This document shows positions 33,566 to 40,997 of a stretch of 40,997 bases of DNA, in pieces (the first letter of the stretch is position 1; each line of letters starts with the position of its first letter). The notes below the pieces were generated by a model. It had not been told where the DNA came from and did no database searches. It saw nothing but the letters and a program-made list of their open reading frames with translations. The stretch comes from a virus: UHGV virus genome UHGV-0123923; one strand, written 5' to 3'. The translations under genes and the position numbers were made by a program.

Positions 33566-33930
33566 ACGCGCTGTACAGGTTCGCCACCTACGAGTTCGTT
33601 GATAAGCATAAAATCAGAGAGTTTGATTCTATAGCTGACGGACACGAACAGGCGCTTATCGCGATGGGTGTAATCGATAAGAAAAAACGTGCAGCGCGAC
33701 GGGGTGGGCCAGAATGCCCGCCCCTTTTTATATCCACCTTTGAGACGTACTGCGACATTAAGTTTACGCGACACGTGCGCGAGGACGCTGTAGTATTGTT
33801 TGCAAGAGAATCCGTTACGTGGCAAGACCTGAAAGCCTATCTCGATGTTACGCAAAAACAGCTTAGCTTGTTCGAGATAGACATTATCATGGGCTTAGAA
33901 GCAATCTTTGAAGGTAGAAATCATGGCTGA
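33535..33930 (+). CDS. -1 frame extension of the tail assembly chaperone (gpT-like, expressed by frameshift)
   Basis: -1 frame is open from 33535 to a TGA at 33928..33930, overlapping the chaperone 3' end and the tape measure start; candidate slip site CAGGAAAAG at 33554..33562. Confidence 0.4.
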   Translation, partial: RRAQSITGKVDALYRFATYEFVDKHKIREFDSIADGHEQALIAMGVIDKKKRAARRGGPECPPLFISTFETYCDIKFTRHVREDAVVLFARESVTWQDLKAYLDVTQKQLSLFEIDIIMGLEAIFEGRNHG

Positions 33931-36196
33931 TACCGCTAGCTTGATCGTACGAGTATCATCGACCGGCGTCGATAAAACCACATCACAACTGAACGGGCTT
34001 ACCAAAGCCGCGGGGGCCGCCGCCGCTGCCGTTGTCAGTCTGGAAACTGCCAAACAGGTGTTCAGTGCGCTGGTGGACTCCCAGCGCAACTTCGATAAGC
34101 TGAACTCCGGCCTCATCACAATGACCGGGAGCGCCGAGAACGCTGCTAAGGCATTCAGCGTCCTGCAACAGTTCGCAAAAGAAACTCCGTATGGCCTCAA
34201 TCAGGCGGTAGAGGGGTTTACCAAGCTCGTGGCGCTAGGTCTTAACCCCAGCAAAGAGGCGTTAATATCCTACGGCAACACCGCCGCAGCTATGGGCAAA
34301 GACCTTAACCAAATGATTGAGGCAGTTGCCGACGCCAGTACATTTGAATTTGAGCGCTTAAAAGAGTTCGGTATCAAGTCTTCCCAACAGGCGGATACAG
34401 TTTCGTTTACGTTCCGTGGCGTAACGACCACGGTTAAAAAGAACTCCGAAGAGATTCAGAAATACCTGCTAAATATCGGTAACACTGATTTCGCCGGAGC
34501 GATGGAGACGCGCTCGAAGACCTTAGATGGTCAGTTATCTAGCCTGGCGGACTCCTTCGATGGTCTTGTTCTTGCGGTAGCGCAATCCGGTTTTGGCGAC
34601 GCGGTAGGCGAACAAGCGGCAACAGCGGAAGATGCTATCACCGCACTCACCGACGCCATCGCGTCCAATGAGATCTCCGCCACGCTCCAGGATTGGGTGA
34701 CACTGTTCAATGAGTCGTTCAAGTTTATTTCTGATGCCCTGAATGACCTGGCATTCGATACCGAGGACAAATCCGTTGATATGTCCGACTCGCTGGGGGA
34801 TATACCGGATGCCATCCGTGAGTGGTTGCCGGATATCCAGCAGACATTCCACGAGGTTATTGCGTGGTTCCAGCGCATTGACGACTACGCGGTAGCGTTA
34901 GGCCAGACCCTTGCTGATGTGTTTGACCCGAGCAAAACGGCAGCGCTCACATTTAAAAACCTGACCGCAGAGGCTGACGCCGCATACGCCGCCAGCATAA
35001 AACGTGCAGAGGCCGAATCCCAGGCCATTACCGACAGGTCTAAGCAGCGTAAGAAAGAAATTGAGGAACAGCGCAAGCAGTACGACGAGCGTAAGAAGCA
35101 AGAAATTGACTTAGCCAGCCTTGTTAATAAAAAGGGCGGAACTGGTGGGGTGGGGACAACCGACGATAAAGCAGCAAAAGCCTCCGCCAAGAAAGCAGAG
35201 CAATTGCGGAATCAGGCGCAAGATTACCTCGACACTTTGGCCCGTCAGAACAACGACGAGTTAAAGGCTATCGACGCGCAGGAACAGCAGAAACTGGCTA
35301 AGGCAAAAGAGTTCTACAGCCAGGGCGCGTTGTCCCTGAAAGAATATGAACAAGCTAAAACAGCTATCGTCCTCGAAGCCGGGCAAAAACGACAAGATGA
35401 ACTGGATAAACGCCGGAAAGAAGCCCAGGAAAAGCAGCAGAAAGGTGACGACTTCATGGCTCAGATTATGGGTCAGAACGCTACTGAGCTTGAGCTTCTC
35501 GACATCCAGGAACAGCAGAAACTGGCGGTAGCGGATAAGTACCGCGAGCAGGGTTTGATTAGCGAGAAGCAGTATCAGGCCGCTCTTAACGCCATCAACG
35601 AGCAATACGCAACCAAACGTGCCGATGCAACGGCAACGGCCTTTGGTAACATGGCCTCAAACATCGGGTCTGCGTTGGGTGAGGCTTCTGGCGCGTACAA
35701 GGCATTCGCTATCGTACAGGCCACTATCGCCACGTACACCGCAGCTATTGAGGCGTACAAGTCAACGGCAGCTATCCCTGTAGTTGGCCCGTTCCTGGCC
35801 CCTGTAGCCGCTGCCGCTGCCGTTGGTGCAGGTATGGCGCAGGTTTCCGCTATCCGGTCCGCGCGTGAACAGGGCGGACAGTTATCCGCAGGGCAGGCTT
35901 CCACCATCGCAGAACGCGGTAAACCAGAAGTTATTATGCCGGCTGGCGCATCTCGTGTTCGCACAGCACAGCAGATGAAAGAAATTATGGGGCAAAACGG
36001 GTCTTCTTCCGGCCCGTCTAATGTTACTATCGTAAACAACACGAGTTCTCAAATCGGCAACGTATCCACTGAGCAAGATGATGAAGGCCGTTTGCGAATC
36101 ATCATCGAGGAGCAGGTGGCTGCCTCTTTGCAGAACAGCAACAGCAAGATTAGCAAGGCCCGCAAAGCCACAAGAAATGCGCCGGGGTTTAAATAA
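33923..36196 (+). CDS. tail tape measure protein
   Basis: ~757 aa, helical and Ala/Gln/Glu/Lys-rich with Gly/Ala-rich hydrophobic segment; start at ATG behind GAAGGT (track start at 33908 is TTG). Confidence 0.85.
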   Translation: MADTASLIVRVSSTGVDKTTSQLNGLTKAAGAAAAAVVSLETAKQVFSALVDSQRNFDKLNSGLITMTGSAENAAKAFSVLQQFAKETPYGLNQAVEGFTKLVALGLNPSKEALISYGNTAAAMGKDLNQMIEAVADASTFEFERLKEFGIKSSQQADTVSFTFRGVTTTVKKNSEEIQKYLLNIGNTDFAGAMETRSKTLDGQLSSLADSFDGLVLAVAQSGFGDAVGEQAATAEDAITALTDAIASNEISATLQDWVTLFNESFKFISDALNDLAFDTEDKSVDMSDSLGDIPDAIREWLPDIQQTFHEVIAWFQRIDDYAVALGQTLADVFDPSKTAALTFKNLTAEADAAYAASIKRAEAESQAITDRSKQRKKEIEEQRKQYDERKKQEIDLASLVNKKGGTGGVGTTDDKAAKASAKKAEQLRNQAQDYLDTLARQNNDELKAIDAQEQQKLAKAKEFYSQGALSLKEYEQAKTAIVLEAGQKRQDELDKRRKEAQEKQQKGDDFMAQIMGQNATELELLDIQEQQKLAVADKYREQGLISEKQYQAALNAINEQYATKRADATATAFGNMASNIGSALGEASGAYKAFAIVQATIATYTAAIEAYKSTAAIPVVGPFLAPVAAAAAVGAGMAQVSAIRSAREQGGQLSAGQASTIAERGKPEVIMPAGASRVRTAQQMKEIMGQNGSSSGPSNVTIVNNTSSQIGNVSTEQDDEGRLRIIIEEQVAASLQNSNSKISKARKATRNAPGFK

Positions 36197-37596
36197 TGAG
36201 CGACTTATATTTCCCACGTAGCCTTAAGCCAATTGTATCGAAAGGCTACTCAATGACCAGACGTAACAACGTCTGGAGTGTAGATTTAGCCGGTGGCGGG
36301 GTGCGTCAGGGCCGTGACACGTATTACGACGTGTTCCCTGTTAGCGTAACCCTGATTACATCCGCAATGGGGCGACAGGCGTTTCTGTCGTTCCTCGAAA
36401 AAGTAGACGGCGGTGCGTCAAGTTTCTGGATGGCGCACGACTTCGGCATGGGCATCGAAGATTATCAGGTAACCATTACGTCCACTATCGCCGAGTCCAC
36501 CGAAGACGGGATTAACTGGACAATCACCTTCACGGCAACCGCCGAGAAATCGCCGTTCCAGGACCTTGAGAACCAGTGCCTGATTAACAATCTGCCAGAT
36601 TTGTACGGCTGTTACGGGGATTGTCTGGGTAGTTTCCTGAAAATATACGCGAACTATGAGACGACATTCCCTCGCATCTGGAGCGACGAAGGTCCTGCCG
36701 GATATCCGCCGATTAACATGCTGGCATCTACGCTTGATAGCCGCATTGTTTATGAGGGACCACAGGTTTATTACATCAACCGCAATGGTAATCTTGTACA
36801 GTCCGCCGCCAATGAATGGCCTCTTACGTTTATTGACGGGGTTGCCGCCGGGCGCGTGCCACCAGAGGTATCAGTAACTAACAGATTCCTATATTCAAGC
36901 AATTTCTCTTCGTCAAACTGGAACAAAGGTTTGGTTAGTGTATCAGTATCTGAAACAGGTGTTTTAACAGCCGCGGGCACGTACGACGTAACTGCTACCG
37001 CCACAAGCGGTAACCACCTAATAAACCAGACTGTAGATGTTAGCGTCGGTGTTGGCGACAAGGTGACTTTTAGTTTCTTCGCAAAAGCAAACGGATACAA
37101 TTTCATACGGATGTACGTGCGAGAACTTCCTACAGCATTAGGCTCAGCAGTTGTAGATTTGCGGGATGGTAGCATTTATTCCGGCCCAGGCGGTACAGAT
37201 GTAACCGACGTAGGCGGAGGGTGGTTCCGAATATCGGAGACGGTCAACGCGACAGAAGATAAAACAATGAGCATACGGATGGACGCATGGATATATTCAG
37301 ACGGAGTTACCGGGACATTTACGGGGGATGGCGTTTCAGGGATTAAATTATCCGCGGCTACTGTAGAGGTAAACCAAAATACAACATCACCAATAATTAC
37401 GGCGGCGTCTCCTGTAACACGCCCCGCGGCATCGGCAAAAGTAGTAATGAACGGCGCAACAAGCATCGGCATTACCTACTCCGACGGCTCTGTGGTAGAC
37501 GTTCAGGCTGTTGACGGTTACGCCACCATCCCACAGGCGGATTCTGCGTGGGGTAGTAAATACGTCACCCGTATTGATTTTAATGTGGACGGTTAA
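36196..37596 (+). CDS. distal tail protein candidate with large C-terminal extension
   Basis: 466 aa directly after the tape measure (ATGA overlap); Thr/Ser/Gly/Val-rich C-terminal region suggests beta-sandwich or carbohydrate-binding modules. Confidence 0.45.
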   Translation: MSDLYFPRSLKPIVSKGYSMTRRNNVWSVDLAGGGVRQGRDTYYDVFPVSVTLITSAMGRQAFLSFLEKVDGGASSFWMAHDFGMGIEDYQVTITSTIAESTEDGINWTITFTATAEKSPFQDLENQCLINNLPDLYGCYGDCLGSFLKIYANYETTFPRIWSDEGPAGYPPINMLASTLDSRIVYEGPQVYYINRNGNLVQSAANEWPLTFIDGVAAGRVPPEVSVTNRFLYSSNFSSSNWNKGLVSVSVSETGVLTAAGTYDVTATATSGNHLINQTVDVSVGVGDKVTFSFFAKANGYNFIRMYVRELPTALGSAVVDLRDGSIYSGPGGTDVTDVGGGWFRISETVNATEDKTMSIRMDAWIYSDGVTGTFTGDGVSGIKLSAATVEVNQNTTSPIITAASPVTRPAASAKVVMNGATSIGITYSDGSVVDVQAVDGYATIPQADSAWGSKYVTRIDFNVDG

Positions 37597-37599
37597 TTT

Positions 37600-38115
37600 A
37601 TGAGTCAGGAATCAGTAGAAGCTGCCTATCGCCGTAAGTTGGCATCAAATCCAGACGGCGAGATGGACTACGTAACGTTGCAAATCAGCCACCCGTTGCT
37701 GTCGAAGACGTACTATCTTGTGCGCGGGCTGCAGGAACTTACGGCGACACTGGAAACCGGCGAAACTATCACATTCGAACCCACCCCGATGGAAGCGTCG
37801 GGGGCCGCTAACAACAGTGATATGGACCAGACTACCACGTTTACTCTACCGGATATTCTCAATCAACTGGATGATGAGATGGATAAAATCCCGATGAGTA
37901 ACACCGAGTTGCCGAAATTCGTCTTCCGCCGTTATGTCAGTACCGACCTGTCTTATCCGGCGGACGGCCCGGTCGTGTACGAGTTACAGGCTATCAACCA
38001 GGAGAAAGGCGAGTTCTCCGCAGATGTCGGTACACCTATGCTGAACCAACGGAGCACTGGTATACTGATGACACCTAAAGAGATACCGTTATTGCGCGGC
38101 CTGTTGACCACATGA
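37600..38115 (+). CDS. minor tail protein
   Basis: 171 aa; position between distal tail and NlpC/P60-like genes. Confidence 0.45.
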   Translation: MSQESVEAAYRRKLASNPDGEMDYVTLQISHPLLSKTYYLVRGLQELTATLETGETITFEPTPMEASGAANNSDMDQTTTFTLPDILNQLDDEMDKIPMSNTELPKFVFRRYVSTDLSYPADGPVVYELQAINQEKGEFSADVGTPMLNQRSTGILMTPKEIPLLRGLLTT

Positions 38116-38477
38116 ATATTAACGACTACACGGGAATACCTTACGACTTTCGCAAACGTAATTGCTGGCACCATGTGCGCATTGTCCGCGCGGATGCCGG
38201 GTTAGAAACCCCGGCGTTCGACGTTACAAGCCCAACGGCAATTAACGACGCGTTTGACGAAGGCCACCGCAACACGAAGGGGCTTACGAAAATTGATAAG
38301 CCTGAAAACTTCTGTGCGGTGCTTATGGGGTATCGCCGTGGCGGTCGTATTGTGTGGCACGCGGGAGTTTACTTCGACGGGATGGTTAGCCATTGCGAAC
38401 TTGCTTCACGTCAGGTACGGCTGGACAGGCTGGCGGACCTCAGAGACACGTACACGGAGATTGAATTTTGGCGATAA
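38112..38477 (+). CDS. tail assembly protein with NlpC/P60-like Cys-His peptidase motif (lambda gpK-like)
   Basis: 121 aa; NCWHHV (Cys) and WHAGVYF (His). Confidence 0.55.
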   Translation: MNINDYTGIPYDFRKRNCWHHVRIVRADAGLETPAFDVTSPTAINDAFDEGHRNTKGLTKIDKPENFCAVLMGYRRGGRIVWHAGVYFDGMVSHCELASRQVRLDRLADLRDTYTEIEFWR

Positions 38478-38533
38478 TTCTGCACTACACGCGAAACGCT
38501 GATGGCGCTTTCGGCCGTACAAAACACGTCGGG

Positions 38534-40997
38534 ATGCCGATGGAGTTTGTCGTTAGTCGTATCCCTGACGGCGTGCCGGTGCGCGTCTACCTCGGTGAGA
38601 TTGGCGATGATACAGACGTAACGGACGACTTCGACGCGCTTAAAGATGAAGACGCTGTGTACCACATTATTGAGGGTGCGGGTAGCGGGGCGCTCGGTGC
38701 GGTTAGTAAGGTGTTTGGTTTTATCCTTAAGCCAATCGCCAAGTTGTTTGGCCTGAACACGGCCGCCAACGCCAACTACACGGCGACTAACAACCAGACA
38801 ACATCACCAAATAACAGCCTCACAGACCGCTCAAACAAACCACGCCCTTACGAGCGCTCCTATGACATCTGCGGGACTGTGCAGACAATCCCTAATGACC
38901 TGATGCAGACGTATAAGGCGTTCAACTCCACTGGTGCTTTGCTGGAGTATTCGTACTATGACGCAGGGCGCGGACATCTGCATATTGAGGCTGATGGCGT
39001 CACAGAGGGCGACACCCTGATAAGCGACATCACAGGTTCATCTGTTGCCGTATACGCGCCGTATACGTCACCGAACAACACCACATCGCCGCAACTACAA
39101 ATCGGCGACGTCATCGACCAGAAACTCTATGTGACGTACTCTAACGACGACGTTGACGGTATTGTACTGAAAGCGCCAAACGACATTGGAGCTAACCCAA
39201 GCGCCGACGGCACAGCTAAACGTATTTCAAACACCGGCTACATTTATGACCCGTCAGGGGACTCTGCTTTTTCTGAGTTTCTTAGCGTCGGGGATGTCGC
39301 GGTTCTGAGCAACTTCGACGTTGCTGATGTGACTAACCTGAATGGTTCGTTTGAGGTTTTATACGTTGACGACTTCGAAGTGAGATTAGCCGTAAACGGC
39401 GCGTCTAACTGGGCAGCGTTGACCAGCGGGCAAACGTACGCCCTAACAGAGCGTTCAGATACGTTTATCGGCCCGAGCAACACCTATGACGTATCTCTTA
39501 CGGACTGGTATTACATGGTGCGCGGAGAGGTTGACCGGGTACTTGCTAACGTTGCCGGGCAGAACGGCCTCTACAAATACGACGGAGGCTATAACCGCAC
39601 CAGTGTAACGGTGGAACTCCAGTACCAGATGATTGATTCTCAGCGTAACCCGTTGAGCGATATTTACACGGTACAGGCCACAATTACAGGCAACAATACG
39701 GATTACGTCGGTACGTCTATCTACGGGCAATTGCCGACCGCGTCCCGTTTCCGCGCCCGTATGCGTCGTGTAACTAATTTCGATAAAGACTACGACGGTA
39801 CGGTAAGCGACGAGATAACATTCATTAACCTGTATGGGCAGTCTCTGGACACCACTCCACACTACGGCAACAGAACTACCGTACATTGCGCCCGTAAACA
39901 GACGCCGCGTGCCGCCAGCATAGACAACCCGGAACTGCGCATGATTGCAACCGAGATGTGTTACAAATACCTCGGCAATGGGGTATTCGATACAGTAATG
40001 ACACCGAACACGCAAGCCGTACAATCTCTAATTCGACTGGCGCGCGACCCCGCAGTAGGCAATCTGGAACTGACAACGGCAAACATGGACAAGTTACTTG
40101 CTGTGCAGGAAGAAATTGAGTCCTATTTCGGAAGTGAATTAGCAGGGCAATTCTGCTACACGTTCGACGACTATGACACAACCATGCAGGACATCGTCCA
40201 GACCATAGCGGAAGCCGTTTTCTGTACTGCGTACCGTAAAGGTGCGGATATTATGCTGCGATTCGACCGTCCTGTCGCGGGGCCTGAAATGGTGTTCACC
40301 CACCGCAGCAAAACTACCGGTACAGAGAAATGGACCCGCACGTTCAACGATTCGACAACCTACGATAGCCTGTCGTTCTCATACATCGACCCGGATACTA
40401 ACGTACAGGAAACGATTTACATCCCGGAAGAACTGGGTGCAAATACGGAGGAATACGAATCAAAGGGCGTGCGTAACTACCAACAGGCATATTGGCTGGC
40501 GTGGCGTCGCTATCAGCGCAATGCGTTAAGTAAAGTTGTTGTAGAGTTCGAAGCTACGGAAGAAGGTGCGCTCGCTACGCCCGGTGGGGTAATCAGCGTA
40601 GTTAAAGGTTCACGTATCGCGCCACAGGACGGCTATGTTGTTGCCGTTAACGGGCTTACACTTACGCTATCCCAGCCTGTTACGTTTACTCCTGGCGACG
40701 ACCACTCCATCATTCTTAAGAAGCGCGATGGCTCAGTGCAGAGTATCTCTGTCATCAAAGGAAGACACGACCGCGAAGTGATTATGCTCTCCGCGCCGGA
40801 GGAGGCAATCTACACGGGGAATAGCGCACTAAAAACTGAGTTTTCATTCGGCAACGAAGCAAGGCATAATGCCCAGAAGATAGTTGTTTCTTCAATCGAC
40901 CCTGGCGACGACCGCACGGTCAAGATTACTGGCTACAACTATGACGACGGATTCTATAAATACGACGGCGTCGCGCCATACGGCAGCGGTTTCTCCG
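38534..40997 (+). CDS. tail tip / host specificity protein (lambda gpI/gpJ-like), 3' partial at window end
   Basis: I traced one frame codon by codon from ATG 38534 to the last base with no stop (at least 821 codons); absent from the ORF track, presumably because it lacks an in-window stop; start codon uncertain (TTG 38468 also possible). Confidence 0.6.
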   Translation, partial: MPMEFVVSRIPDGVPVRVYLGEIGDDTDVTDDFDALKDEDAVYHIIEGAGSGALGAVSKVFGFILKPIAKLFGLNTAANANYTATNNQTTSPNNSLTDRSNKPRPYERSYDICGTVQTIPNDLMQTYKAFNSTGALLEYSYYDAGRGHLHIEADGVTEGDTLISDITGSSVAVYAPYTSPNNTTSPQLQIGDVIDQKLYVTYSNDDVDGIVLKAPNDIGANPSADGTAKRISNTGYIYDPSGDSAFSEFLSVGDVAVLSNFDVADVTNLNGSFEVLYVDDFEVRLAVNGASNWAALTSGQTYALTERSDTFIGPSNTYDVSLTDWYYMVRGEVDRVLANVAGQNGLYKYDGGYNRTSVTVELQYQMIDSQRNPLSDIYTVQATITGNNTDYVGTSIYGQLPTASRFRARMRRVTNFDKDYDGTVSDEITFINLYGQSLDTTPHYGNRTTVHCARKQTPRAASIDNPELRMIATEMCYKYLGNGVFDTVMTPNTQAVQSLIRLARDPAVGNLELTTANMDKLLAVQEEIESYFGSELAGQFCYTFDDYDTTMQDIVQTIAEAVFCTAYRKGADIMLRFDRPVAGPEMVFTHRSKTTGTEKWTRTFNDSTTYDSLSFSYIDPDTNVQETIYIPEELGANTEEYESKGVRNYQQAYWLAWRRYQRNALSKVVVEFEATEEGALATPGGVISVVKGSRIAPQDGYVVAVNGLTLTLSQPVTFTPGDDHSIILKKRDGSVQSISVIKGRHDREVIMLSAPEEAIYTGNSALKTEFSFGNEARHNAQKIVVSSIDPGDDRTVKITGYNYDDGFYKYDGVAPYGSGFS

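Noticed and set aside
33664-33930. Independent 88 aa gene starting at ATG 33664
   Set aside because: No RBS before the ATG, and the frame is open upstream back to 33535, overlapping the chaperone gene end; better explained as the frameshift extension of the tail assembly chaperone
1-40997. Temperate lifestyle (integrase, attachment site)
   Set aside because: No tyrosine or serine recombinase-like ORF was found. The Cro-like and AlpA-like HTH proteins alone do not establish lysogeny, and AlpA-like proteins also occur as transcription regulators in virulent phages
1-40997. DNA hypermodification pathway (e.g. 7-deazaguanine or hydroxymethyl-pyrimidine genes), considered because of the dNMP-kinase-like gene
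   Set aside because: No radical-SAM CxxxCxxC protein, GTP cyclohydrolase, transglycosylase-like or thymidylate-synthase-like ORF is present; the kinase alone is insufficient evidence
1-40997. CRISPR array or other long interspersed repeat array
   Set aside because: No regularly spaced direct repeats were seen; the only tandem repeat is the 2-copy 24 bp unit at 13780..13827

Overview
The window reads as a near-complete ~41 kb dsDNA tailed-phage genome (siphovirus-like: tape measure, tail assembly chaperones and major tail protein, no sheath). Layout: tail spike (39..1988, +); a leftward early/replication arm (2017..12896, -) with SNF2-type helicase, VRR-NUC nuclease, family-A DNA polymerase, SSB-like protein, Cas4-like Fe-S exonuclease and an AEP primase fused to a RecA-like ATPase, interrupted by a Cro-like HTH gene on the + strand; a 445 bp non-coding control region; a rightward block of small translationally coupled genes plus holin-like proteins and a GH24 endolysin (13381..19157); then terminase, portal, head morphogenesis, an overlapped Rz/Rz1 spanin pair placed inside the head module, scaffold, major capsid, head-tail and tail genes, tape measure and a J-like tail tip protein that runs off the 3' end. 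Main hunt results: (1) a reverse-strand four-gene accessory cassette inside the tail module (superinfection-immunity-like membrane protein, HTH-fused metallophosphoesterase, T4-Pnk-type HAD phosphatase, GKDT P-loop kinase) with its own promoter; (2) a phage-specific operator-like motif (AATAG-N4-CTATT, half-site ACTATTC) overlapping essentially every sigma70-like promoter, with two promoters ~36/39 nt identical and a perfect 16 bp everted palindrome upstream of a late promoter; (3) a conserved GC hairpin element present twice in opposite orientation; (4) a probable -1 frameshift in the tail chaperone; (5) evidence that the window ends are the two sides of one circular or permuted genome. No integrase, tRNA, CRISPR array or base-hypermodification genes were seen. 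All protein family calls are from motif reading and memory, not from database searches.
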